Below, in pieces: positions 26,150-39,500 of a DNA stretch of 64,000 bases (its first letter is position 1; each line of letters opens with the position of its first letter). Under the pieces are notes generated by a model. The model ran no database searches. It was not told where the DNA came from and worked only from the letters and a program-made list of their open reading frames with translations. The translations under genes were made by a program, and so were the position numbers. Source of the DNA: Eledone cirrhosa (taxonomy: Eukaryota); contig OZ024764.1 of assembly GCA_964016885.1 (NCBI GenBank), positions 18,910,001 through 18,974,000 on the forward strand, written 5' to 3'.

Positions 26150-29100
26150 AGGTTTCACAACAAAAAGTACCAAGTCCACCCTGTAAAGTGGTCATGTAGG
26201 TGTCACGACAAAAAGTACCCAGTCCACACTGTAAAGTGGTCATGTAGGTGTCACAACAAAAAGTACCCAGTCCACACTGTAAAGTGGTCATGTAGGTGTC
26301 ACAACAAAAAGTACCCAGTCCACACTGTAAAGTGGTCATGTAGGTGTCACAACAAAATATACCCAGTCCACACTGTAAAGTGGTCATGTAGGTGTCACAA
26401 CAAAAATTACCCAGTCCACACTGTAAAGTGGTCATGTAGGTGTCACAACAAAAAGTACCCAGTCCACACTGTAAAGTGGTCATGTAGGTGTCACAACAAA
26501 AAGTACCCAGTCCACCCTGTAAAGTGGTCATATATGTGTTACAACAAAAAGTACCCAGTCCACCCTGTAAAGTGGTCATGTATGTGTCACAACAAAAAGT
26601 ACCCAGTCCACACTGTAAAGTGGTCATGTATGTGTCACAACAAAAACTACCCAGTCCACACTGTAAAGTGGTCATGTAGGTATCATGACAAAAAGTACCC
26701 AGTCCACACTGTAAAGTGGTCATGTAGGTGTCACAACAAAAAGTACCCAGTCCACACTGTAAAGTGGTCATGTAGGTGTCACAACAAAAAGTACCCAGTC
26801 CACACTGTAAAGTGGTCAGGTAGGTATCATGACAAAAAGTACCCAGTCCACACTGTAAAGTGGTCATGTAGGTATCATGACAAAAAGTACCCAGTCCACA
26901 CTGTAAAGTGGTCATGTAGGTGTCACAACAAAAAGTACCCAGTGCACCCTGTAAAGTGGTCATATAGGTGTCACAACAAAAAGTACCCAGTCCACCCTGT
27001 AAAGTGGTCATGTATGTGTCACAACAAAAAGTACCCAGTCCACACTGTAAAGTGGTCATGTAGGTGTCACAACAAAAAGTACCCAGTCCACACTGTAATG
27101 TGGTCATGTAGGTGTCATAACAAAAAGTACCCAGTCCACACTGTAAAGTGGTCATGTAGGTGTCATAACCAAAAGTACCCAGTCCACAGTGTAAAGTGGT
27201 CATATAGGTGTCACAACAAAAAGTACCCAGTCCACACTATAATGTGGTCATGTAGGTGTCACAACAAAAAGTACTCAGTCCACACTGTAAAGTGGTCATG
27301 TAGGTGTCATAACAAAAAGTACCCAGTCCACACTGTAAAGTGGTTATGTAGGTGTCATAACCAAAAGTACCCAGTCCACACTGTAAAGTGGTCATGTAGG
27401 TGTCACAACAAAAAGTACCCAGTCCACACTGTCAAGTGGTCATGTAGGTGTCACAACAAAAAGTACCTAGTCCACACTGTCAACTGGTCATGTAGCTGTC
27501 ACAACAAAAAGTACCCAGTCCACACTGTAATGTGGTCATGCAGGTTTCACAACAAAAAGTACCCAGTCCACACTGTAAAGTGGTCAGGTAGGTGTCACAA
27601 CAAAAAGTACCCAGTCCACACTGTAGAGTGGTCAGGTAGGTATCATGACAAAAAGTACCCAGTCCACACTGTAAAGTGGTCATGTAGGTGTCACAACAAA
27701 AAGTACCCAGTCCACACTGTAAAGTGGTCATGTAGGTGTCATAACAAAAAGTACCCAGTCCACACTGTAAAGTGGTCAGGTAGGTGTCACAATAAAAAGT
27801 ACCCAGTCCACACTGTAAAGTGGTCATGTAGGTGTCACAACAAAAAGTACCCAGTCCACACTGTAAAGTGGTCATGTAGGTGTCATAACAAAAAGTACCC
27901 AGTCCACACTGTAATGTGGTCATATAGGTGTCACAACAAAAAGTACCCAGTCCACACTGTAAAGTGGTCATGTAGGTGTCACAACAAAAAGTACCCAGTC
28001 CACCCTGTAAAGTGGTCATGTATGTGTCACAACAAAAAGTACCCAGTCCACACTGTAAAGTGGTCATGTAGGTGTCACAACAAAAAGTACCCAGTCCACA
28101 CTGTAATGTGGTCATGTAGTTGTCATAACAAAAAGTACCCAGTCCACACTGTAAAGTGGTCATGTAGGTGTCATAACCAAAAGTACCCAGTCCACAGTGT
28201 AAAGTGGTCATGTAGGTGTCACAACAAAAAGTACCCAGTCCACACTATAATGTGGTCATGTAGGTGTCACAACAAAAAGTACTCAGTCCACACTGTAAAG
28301 TGGTCATGTAGGTGTCATAACAAAAAGTACCCAGTCCACACTGTAAAATGGTCATGTAGGTGTCACAACAAAAAGTACCCAGTCCACACTGTAAAGTGGT
28401 CATGTAGGTGTCACAACAAAAAGTACCCAGTCCACCCTGTAAAGTGGTCATGTATGTGTCACAACAAAAAGTACCCAGTCCACACTGTAAAGTGGTCATG
28501 TAGGTGTCACAACAAAAAGTACCCAGTCCACACTGTAATGTGGTCATGTAGTTGTCATAACAAAAAGTACCCAGTCCACACTGTAAAGTGGTCATGTAGG
28601 TGTCATAACCAAAAGTACACAGTCCACACTGTAAAGTGGTCATGTAGGTGTCACAACAAAAAGTACCCAGTCCACACTGTCAAGTGGTCATGTAGGTGTC
28701 ACAACAAAAAGTACCTAGTCCACACTGTCAACTGGTCATGTAGCTGTCACAACAAAAAGTACCCAGTCCACACTGTAATGTGGTCATGCAGGTTTCACAA
28801 CAAAAAGTACCCAGTCCACACTGTAATGTGGTCATGTAGGTGTCACAACAAAAGGTACCCAGTCCACACTGTCAACTGGTCATGTAGCTGTCACAACAAA
28901 AAGTACCCAGTCCACACTGTAATGTGGTCATGCAGGTTTCACAACAAAAAGTACCCAGTCCACACTGTAAAGTGGTCAGGTAGGTGTCACAACAAAAAGT
29001 ACCCAGTCCACACTGTAGAGTGGTCAGGTAGGTATCATGACAAAAAGTACCCAGTCCACACTGTAAAGTGGTCATGTAGGTGTCACAACAAAAAGTACCC

Positions 29101-32100
29101 AGTCCACACTGTAAAGTGGTCATGTAGGTGTCATAACAAAAAGTACCCAGTCCACACTGTAAAGTGGTCAGGTAGGTGTCACAATAAAAAGTACCCAGTC
29201 CACACTGTAAAGTGGTCATGTAGGTGTCACAACAAAAAGTACCCAGTCCACACTGTAAAGTGGTCATGTAGGTGTCATAACAAAAAGTACCCAGTCCACA
29301 CTGTAATGTGGTCATATAGGTGTCACAACAAAAAGTACCCAGTCCACACTGTAAAGTGGTCATGTAGGTGTCACAACAAAAAGTACCCAGTCCACACTGT
29401 AAAGTGGACATGTAGGTGTAATGACAAAAAGTACCCAGTCCACACTGTAAAGTGGTCATGTAGGTGTCACAACAAAAAGTACCAAGTCCACCCTGTAAAG
29501 TGGTCATGTAGGTGTCACGACAAAAAGTACCCAGTCCACACTGTAAAGTGGTCATGTAGGTGTCACAACAAAAAGTACCCAGTCCACACTGTAAAGTGGT
29601 CATGTAGGTGTCACAACAAAAAGTACCCAGTCCACACTGTAAAGTGGTCATGTAGGTGTCACAACAAAATATACCCAGTCCACACTGTAAAGTGGTCATG
29701 TAGGTGTCACAACAAAAATTACCCAGTCCACACTGTAAAGTGGTCATGTAGGTGTCACAACAAAAAGTACCCAGTCCACACTGTAAAGTGGTCATGTAGG
29801 TGTCACAACAAAAAGTACCCAGTCCACCCTGTAAAGTGGTCATATATGTGTTACAACAAAAAGTACCCAGTCCACCCTGTAAAGTGGTCATGTATGTGTC
29901 ACAACAAAAAGTACCCAGTCCACACTGTAAAGTGGTCATGTATGTGTCACAACAAAAACTACCCAGTCCACACTGTAAAGTGGTCATGTAGGTATCATGA
30001 CAAAAAGTACCCAGTCCACACTGTAAAGTGGTCATGTAGGTGTCACAACAAAAAGTACCCAGTCCACACTGTAAAGTGGTCATGTAGGTGTCACAACAAA
30101 AAGTACCCAGTCCACACTGTAAAGTGGTCAGGTAGGTATCATGACAAAAAGTACCCAGTCCACACTGTAAAGTGGTCATGTAGGTATCATGACAAAAAGT
30201 ACCCAGTCCACACTGTAAAGTGGTCATGTAGGTGTCACAACAAAAAGTACCCAGTGCACCCTGTAAAGTGGTCATATAGGTGTCACAACAAAAAGTACCC
30301 AGTCCACCCTGTAAAGTGGTCATGTATGTGTCACAACAAAAAGTACCCAGTCCACACTGTAAAGTGGTCATGTAGGTGTCACAACAAAAAGTACCCAGTC
30401 CACACTGTAATGTGGTCATGTAGGTGTCATAACAAAAAGTACCCAGTCCACACTGTAAAGTGGTCATGTAGGTGTCATAACCAAAAGTACCCAGTCCACA
30501 GTGTAAAGTGGTCATATAGGTGTCACAACAAAAAGTACCCAGTCCACACTATAATGTGGTCATGTAGGTGTCACAACAAAAAGTACTCAGTCCACACTGT
30601 AAAGTGGTCATGTAGGTGTCATAACAAAAAGTACCCAGTCCACACTGTAAAGTGGTTATGTAGGTGTCATAACCAAAAGTACCCAGTCCACACTGTAAAG
30701 TGGTCATGTAGGTGTCACAACAAAAAGTACCCAGTCCACACTGTCAAGTGGTCATGTAGGTGTCACAACAAAAAGTACCTAGTCCACACTGTCAACTGGT
30801 CATGTAGCTGTCACAACAAAAAGTACCCAGTCCACACTGTAATGTGGTCATGCAGGTTTCACAACAAAAAGTACCCAGTCCACACTGTAAAGTGGTCAGG
30901 TAGGTGTCACAACAAAAAGTACCCAGTCCACACTGTAGAGTGGTCAGGTAGGTATCATGACAAAAAGTACCCAGTCCACACTGTAAAGTGGTCATGTAGG
31001 TGTCACAACAAAAAGTACCCAGTCCACACTGTAAAGTGGTCATGTAGGTGTCATAACAAAAAGTACCCAGTCCACACTGTAAAGTGGTCAGGTAGGTGTC
31101 ACAATAAAAAGTACCCAGTCCACACTGTAAAGTGGTCATGTAGGTGTCACAACAAAAAGTACCCAGTCCACACTGTAAAGTGGTCATGTAGGTGTCATAA
31201 CAAAAAGTACCCAGTCCACACTGTAATGTGGTCATATAGGTGTCACAACAAAAAGTACCCAGTCCACACTGTAAAGTGGTCATGTAGGTGTCACAACAAA
31301 AAGTACCCAGTCCACCCTGTAAAGTGGTCATGTATGTGTCACAACAAAAAGTACCCAGTCCACACTGTAAAGTGGTCATGTAGGTGTCACAACAAAAAGT
31401 ACCCAGTCCACACTGTAATGTGGTCATGTAGTTGTCATAACAAAAAGTACCCAGTCCACACTGTAAAGTGGTCATGTAGGTGTCATAACCAAAAGTACCC
31501 AGTCCACAGTGTAAAGTGGTCATGTAGGTGTCACAACAAAAAGTACCCAGTCCACACTATAATGTGGTCATGTAGGTGTCACAACAAAAAGTACTCAGTC
31601 CACACTGTAAAGTGGTCATGTAGGTGTCATAACAAAAAGTACCCAGTCCACACTGTAAAGTGGTCATGTAGGTGTCACAACAAAAAGTACCCAGTCCACA
31701 CTGTAAAGTGGTCATGTAGGTGTCACAACAAAAAGTACCCAGTCCACCCTGTAAAGTGGTCATGTATGTGTCACAACAAAAAGTACCCAGTCCACACTGT
31801 AAAGTGGTCATGTAGGTGTCACAACAAAAAGTACCCAGTCCACACTGTAATGTGGTCATGTAGTTGTCATAACAAAAAGTACCCAGTCCACACTGTAAAG
31901 TGGTCATGTAGGTGTCATAACCAAAAGTACACAGTCCACACTGTAAAGTGGTCATGTAGGTGTCACAACAAAAAGTACCCAGTCCACACTGTCAAGTGGT
32001 CATGTAGGTGTCACAACAAAAAGTACCTAGTCCACACTGTCAACTGGTCATGTAGCTGTCACAACAAAAAGTACCCAGTCCACACTGTAATGTGGTCATG

Positions 32101-32770
32101 CAGGTTTCACAACAAAAAGTACCCAGTCCACACTGTAATGTGGTCATGTAGGTGTCACAACAAAAGGTACCCAGTCCACACTGTCAACTGGTCATGTAGC
32201 TGTCACAACAAAAAGTACCCAGTCCACACTGTAATGTGGTCATGCAGGTTTCACAACAAAAAGTACCCAGTCCACACTGTAAAGTGGTCAGGTAGGTGTC
32301 ACAACAAAAAGTACCCAGTCCACACTGTAGAGTGGTCAGGTAGGTATCATGACAAAAAGTACCCAGTCCACACTGTAAAGTGGTCATGTAGGTGTCACAA
32401 CAAAAAGTACCCAGTCCACACTGTAAAGTGGTCATGTAGGTGTCATAACAAAAAGTACCCAGTCCACACTGTAAAGTGGTCAGGTAGGTGTCACAATAAA
32501 AAGTACCCAGTCCACACTGTAAAGTGGTCATGTAGGTGTCACAACAAAAAGTACCCAGTCCACACTGTAAAGTGGTCATGTAGGTGTCATAACAAAAAGT
32601 ACCCAGTCCACACTGTAATGTGGTCATATAGGTGTCACAACAAAAAGTACCCAGTCCACACTGTAAAGTGGTCATGTAGGTGTCACAACAAAAAGTACCC
32701 AGTCCACACTGTAAAGTGGACATGTAGGTGTAATGACAAAAAGTACCCAGTCCACACTGTAAAGTGGTCA
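26150..32770. repeat. Tandem duplication, offset 3312 bp (69 monomers), with internal 1392-bp and shorter sub-duplications
   Basis: ORF pairs 26488/29800, 27480/30792, 28245/31557 and 28872/32184. CACAGTG markers at 27185/30497 and 28193/31505. One private difference, gtaaaatgg near 28347. Confidence 0.9.
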
Positions 32771-33589
32771 TGTAGGTGTCACAACAAAAAGTACCCAGTC
32801 CACACTGTAAAGTGGTCATGTAGGTGTCACAACAAAAAGTACCCAGTCCACACTGTAAAGTGGTCAGGTAGGTGTCACAACAAAAAGTACCCAGTCCACA
32901 CTGTAAAGTGGTCATGTAGGTGTCACAACAAAATATACCCAGTCCAGACTATAAAGTGGTCATGTAGGTGTCACAACAAAAAGTACCCAGTCCACACTGT
33001 AAAGTGGTCATGTAGGTGTCACAACAAAAAGTACCCAGTCCACACTGTAAAGTGGTCATGTAGGTGTCACAACAAAAAGTACCCAGTCCACCCTGTAAAG
33101 TGGTCATATATGTGTCACAACAAAAAGTACCCAGTCCACCCTGTAAAGTGGTCATGTATCTGTCATAACAAAAAGTACCCAGTCCACACTGTAAAGTGGA
33201 CATGTAGGTGTCATGACAAAAAGTACCCAGTCCACACTGTAAAGTGGTCATGTAGGTGTCACAACAAAAAGTACCCAGTCCACACTGTAAAGTGGTCATG
33301 TAGGTGTCACAACAAAAAGTACCCAGTCCACACTGTAAAGTGGTCAGGTAGGTGTCACAACAAAAATTACCCAGTCCACACTGTAAAGTGGTCATGTATG
33401 TGTCACAACAAAAAGTACCCAGTCCACACTGTAAAGTGGTCTTGTAGGTGTCACAACAAAAAGTACCCACTCCACACTGTAAAGTGGTCATGTAGGTGTC
33501 ACAACAAAAAGTACCCAGTCCACACTGTAAAGTGGTCAGGTAGGTATCATGATAAAAAGTACCCAGTCCACACTGTAAAGTGGTCATGT

Positions 33590-36500
33590 AGGTGTTACAA
33601 CAAAAAGTACCCAGTCCACCCTGTAAAGTGGTCATGTATGTGTCACAACAAAAAGTACCCATCCACACTGTAAAGTGGTCATGTAGGTGTCACAACAAAA
33701 AGTACCCAGTCCACACTGTAATGTGGTCATGTAGGTGTCACAACAAAAATTACTCAGTCCACACTGTAAAGTGGTCATGTAGGTGTCATAACAAAAAGTA
33801 CCCAGTCCACACTGTAAAGTGGTTATGTAGGTGTCATAACCAAAAGTACCCAGTCCACACTGTAAAGTGGTCATGTAGGTGTCACAACAAAAAGTACCCA
33901 GTCCACACTGTCAAGTGGTCATGTAGGTGTCACAACAAAAAGTACCTAGTCCACACTGTAAACTGGTCATGTAGCTGTCACAACAAAAAGTACCCAGTCC
34001 ACACTGTAATGTGGTCATGCAGGTTTCGCAACAAAAAGTACCAAGTCCACACTGTAGAGTGGTCAGGTAGGTATCATGACAAAAATACCCAGTCCACACT
34101 GTAAAGTGGTCATGTAGGTATCATGACAAAAAGTACCCAGTCCACACTGTAAAGTGGTCATGTAGGTATCATGACAAAAAGTACCCAGTCCACACTGTAA
34201 AGTGGTCATGTAGGTGTCACAACAAAAAGTACCCAGTGCACCCTGTAAAGTGGTCATATAGGTGTCACAACAAAAAGTACCCAGTCCACCCTGTAAAGTG
34301 GTCATGTATGTGTCACAACAAAAAGTACCCAGTCCACACTGTAAAGTGGTCATGTAGGTGTCACAACAAAAAGTACCCAGTCCACACTGTAATGTGGTCA
34401 TGTAGGTGTCACAACAAAAAGTACTCAGTCCACACTGTAAAGTGGTCATGTAGGTGTCATAACAAAAAGTACCCAGTCCACACTGTAAAGTGGTCATGTA
34501 GGTGTCATAACCAAAAGTACCCAGTCCACAGTGTAAAGTGGTCATGTAGGTGTCACAACAAAAAGTACCCAGTCCACACTATAATGTGGTCATGTAGGTG
34601 TCACAACAAAAAGTACTCAGTCCACACTGTAAAGTGGTCATGTAGGTGTCATAACAAAAAGTACCCAGTCCACACTGTAAAGTGGTTATGTAGGTGTCAT
34701 AACCAAAAGTACCCAGTCCACACTGTAAAGTGGTCATGTAGGTGTCACAACAAAAAGTACCCAGTCCACACTGTCAAGTGGTCATGTAGGTGTCACAACA
34801 AAAAGTACCTAGTCCACACTGTCAACTGGTCATGTAGCTGTCACAACAAAAAGTACCCAGTCCACACTGTAATGTGGTCATGCAGGTTTCACAACAAAAA
34901 GTACCCAGTCCACACTGTAATGTGGTCATGTAGGTGTCACAACAAAAGGTACCCAGTCCACACTGTCAACTGGTCATGTATCTGTCACAACAAAAAGTAC
35001 CCAGTCCACACTGTAATGTGGTCATGCAGGTTTCACAACAAAAAGTACCCAGTCCACACTGTAAAGTGGTCAGGTAGGTGTCACAACAAAAAGTACCCAG
35101 TCCACACTGTAAAGTGGTCATGTATGTGTCACAACAAAAAGGACCCAGTCCACACTGTAAAGTGGTCATGTAGGTGTCATAACAAAAAGTACCCAGTCCA
35201 CACTGTAGAGTGGTCAGGTAGGTATCATGACAAAAAGTACCCAGTCCACACTGTAAAGTGGTCATGTAGGTGTCACAACAAAAAGTACCCAGTCCACACT
35301 GTAAAGTGGTCATGTAGGTGTCTTAACAAAAAGTACCCAGTCCACACTGTAAAGTGGTCAGGTAGGTGTCACAACAAAAAGTACCCAGTCCACACTGTAA
35401 AGTGGTCATGTAGGTGTCACAACAAAAAGTACCCAGTCCACACTGTAAAGTGGTCATGTAGGTGTCATAACAAAAAGTACCCAGTCCACACTGTAATGTG
35501 GTCATATAGGTGTCACAACAAAAAGTACCCAGTCCACACTGTAAAGTGGTCATGTAGGTGTCACAACAAAAAGTACCCAGTCCACACTGTAAAGTGGACA
35601 TGTAGGTGTCATGACAAAAAGTACCCAGTCCACACTGTAAAGTGGTCATGTAGGTGTCACAACAAAAAGTACCCAGTCCACACTGTAAAGTGGTCATGTA
35701 GGTGTCACAACAAAAAGTACCCAGTCCACACTGTAAAGTGGTCAGGTAGGTGTCACAACAAAAAGTACCCAGTCCACACTGTAAAGTGGTCATGTAGGTG
35801 TCACAACAAAATATACCCAGTCCAGACTATAAAGTGGTCATGTAGGTGTCACAACAAAAAGTACCCAGTCCACACTGTAAAGTGGTCATGTAGGTGTCAC
35901 AACAAAAAGTACCCAGTCCACACTGTAAAGTGGTCATGTAGGTGTCACAACAAAAAGTACCCAGTCCACCCTGTAAAGTGGTCATATATGTGTCACAACA
36001 AAAAGTACCCAGTCCACCCTGTAAAGTGGTCATGTATCTGTCATAACAAAAAGTACCCAGTCCACACTGTAATGTGGTCATGTAGGTGTCACAACAAAAA
36101 TTACTCAGTCCACACTGTAAAGTGGTCATGTAGGTGTCATAACAAAAAGTACCCAGTCCACACTGTAAAGTGGTTATGTAGGTGTCATAACCAAAAGTAC
36201 CCAGTCCACACTGTAAAGTGGTCATGTAGGTGTCACAACAAAAAGTACCCAGTCCACACTGTCAAGTGGTCATGTAGGTGTCACAACAAAAAGTACCTAG
36301 TCCACACTGTAAACTGGTCATGTAGCTGTCACAACAAAAAGTACCCAGTCCACACTGTAATGTGGTCATGCAGGTTTCGCAACAAAAAGTACCAAGTCCA
36401 CACTGTAGAGTGGTCAGGTAGGTATCATGACAAAAATACCCAGTCCACACTGTAAAGTGGTCATGTAGGTATCATGACAAAAAGTACCCAGTCCACACTG

Positions 36501-39500
36501 TAAAGTGGTCATGTAGGTATCATGACAAAAAGTACCCAGTCCACACTGTAAAGTGGTCATGTAGGTGTCACAACAAAAAGTACCCAGTGCACCCTGTAAA
36601 GTGGTCATATAGGTGTCACAACAAAAAGTACCCAGTCCACCCTGTAAAGTGGTCATGTATGTGTCACAACAAAAAGTACCCAGTCCACACTGTAAAGTGG
36701 TCATGTAGGTGTCACAACAAAAAGTACCCAGTCCACACTGTAATGTGGTCATGCAGGTTTCACAACAAAAAGTACCCAGTCCACACTGTAAAGTGGTCAG
36801 GTAGGTGTCACAACAAAAAGTACCCAGTCCACACTGTAAAGTGGTCATGTATGTGTCACAACAAAAAGGACCCAGTCCACACTGTAAAGTGGTCATGTAG
36901 GTGTCATAACAAAAAGTACCCAGTCCACACTGTAGAGTGGTCAGGTAGGTATCATGACAACAAGTACCCAGTCCACACTGTAAAGTGGTCATGTAGGTGT
37001 CACAACAAAAAGTACCCAGTCCACACTGTAAAGTGGTCATGTAGGTGTCTTAACAAAAAGTACCCAGTCCACACTGTAAAGTGGTCAGGTAGGTGTCACA
37101 ACAAAAAGTACCCAGTCCACACTGTAAAGTGGTCATGTAGGTGTCACACAAAAAGTACCCAGTCCACACTGTAAAGTGGTCATGTAGGTGTCATAACAAA
37201 AAGTACCCAGTCCACACTGTAATGTGGTCATATAGGTGTCACAACAAAAAGTACCCAGTCCACACTGTAAAGTGGTCATGTAGGTGTCACAACAAAAAGT
37301 ACCCAGTCCACACTGTAAAGTGGACATGTAGGTGTCATGACAAAAAGTACCCAGTCCACACTGTAAAGTGGTCATGTAGGTGTCACAACAAAAAGTACCC
37401 AGTCCACACTGTAAAGTGCTCATGTAGGTGTCACAACAAAAAGTACCCAGTCCACACTGTAAAGTGGTCAGGTAGGTGTCACAACAAAAAGTACCCAGTC
37501 CACACTGTAAAGTGGTCATGTAGGTGTCACAACAAAATATACCCAGTCCAGACTATAAAGTGGTCATGTAGGTGTCACAACAAAAAGTACCCAGTCCACA
37601 CTGTAAAGTGGTCATGTAGGTGTCACAACAAAAAGTACCCAGTCCACACTGTAAAGTGGTTATGTAGGTGTCACAACAAAAAGTACCCAGTCCACCCTGT
37701 AAAGTGGTCATATATGTGTCACAACAAAAAGTACCCAGTCCACCCTCTAAAGTGGTCATGTATCTGTCATAACAAAAAGTACCCAGTCCACACTGTAATG
37801 TGGTCATGTAGGTGTCACAACAAAAATTACTCAGTCCACACTGTAAAGTGGTCATGTAGGTGTCATAACAAAAAGTACCCAGTCCACACTGTAAAGTGGT
37901 TATGTAGGTGTCATAACCAAAAGTACCCAGTCCACACTGTAAAGTGGTCATGTAGGTGTCACAACAAAAAGTACCCAGTCCACACTGTCAAGTGGTCATG
38001 TAGGTGTCACAACAAAAAGTACCTAGTCCACACTGTAAACTGGTCATGTAGCTGTCACAACAAAAAGTACCCAGTCCACACTGTAATGTGGTCATGCAGG
38101 TTTCGCAACAAAAAGTACCAAGTCCACACTGTAGAGTGGTCAGGTAGGTATCATGACAAAAATACCCAGTCCACACTGTAAAGTGGTCATGTAGGTATCA
38201 TGACAAAAAGTACCCAGTCCACACTGTAAAGTGGTCATGTAGGTATCATGACAAAAAGTACCCAGTCCACACTGTAAAGTGGTCATGTAGGTGTCACAAC
38301 AAAAAGTACCCAGTGCACCCTGTAAAGTGGTCATATAGGTGTCACAACAAAAAGTACCCAGTCCACCCTGTAAAGTGGTCATGTATGTGTCACAACAAAA
38401 AGTACCCAGTCCACACTGTAAAGTGGTCATGTAGGTGTCACAACAAAAAGTACCCAGTCCACACTGTAATGTGGTCATGTAGGTGTCACAACAAAAAGTA
38501 CTCAGTCCACACTGTAAAGTGGTCATGTAGGTGTCATAACAAAAAGTACCCAGTCCACACTGTAAAGTGGTCATGTAGGTGTCATAACCAAAAGTACCCA
38601 GTCCACAGTGTAAAGTGGTCATGTAGGTGTCACAACAAAAAGTACCCAGTCCACACTATAATGTGGTCATGTAGGTGTCACAACAAAAAGTACTCAGTCC
38701 ACACTGTAAAGTGGTCATGTAGGTGTCATAACAAAAAGTACCCAGTCCACACTGTAAAGTGGTTATGTAGGTGTCATAACCAAAAGTACCCAGTCCACAC
38801 TGTAAAGTGGTCATGTAGGTGTCACAACAAAAAGTACCCAGTCCACACTGTCAAGTGGTCATGTAGGTGTCACAACAAAAAGTACCTAGTCCACACTGTC
38901 AACTGGTCATGTAGCTGTCACAACAAAAAGTACCCAGTCCACACTGTAATGTGGTCATGCAGGTTTCACAACAAAAAGTACCCAGTCCACACTGTAATGT
39001 GGTTATGTAGGTGTCACAACAAAAGGTACCCAGTCCACACTGTCAACTGGTCATGTATCTGTCACAACAAAAAGTACCCAGTCCACACTGTAATGTGATC
39101 ATGCAGGTTTCACAACAAAAAGTACCCAGTCCACACTGTAAAGTGGTCAGGTAGGTGTCACAACAAAAAGTACCCAGTCCACACTGTAAAGTGGTCATGT
39201 ATGTGTCACAACAAAAAGGACCCAGTCCACACTGTAAAGTGGTCATGTAGGTGTCATAACAAAAAGTACCCAGTCCACACTGTAGAGTGGTCAGGTAGGT
39301 ATCATGACAAAAAGTACCCAGTCCACACTGTAAAGTGGTCATGTAGGTGTCACAACAAAAAGTACCCAGTCCACACTGTAAAGTGGTCATGTAGGTGTCT
39401 TAACAAAAAGTACCCAGTCCACACTGTAAAGTGGTCAGGTAGGTGTCACAACAAAAAGTACCCAGTCCACACTGTAAAGTGGTCATGTAGGTGTCACAAC

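Noticed and set aside
26534-33673. C2H2 zinc-finger/PRDM9-type array, multiheme cytochrome, or keratin-associated/metallothionein gene
   Set aside because: The period is 16 aa rather than 28 aa. There is no CxxC...HxxxH or TGEKPY linker, and the motif is CxCH rather than CxxCH. Cys richness comes from TG/CA-rich DNA.
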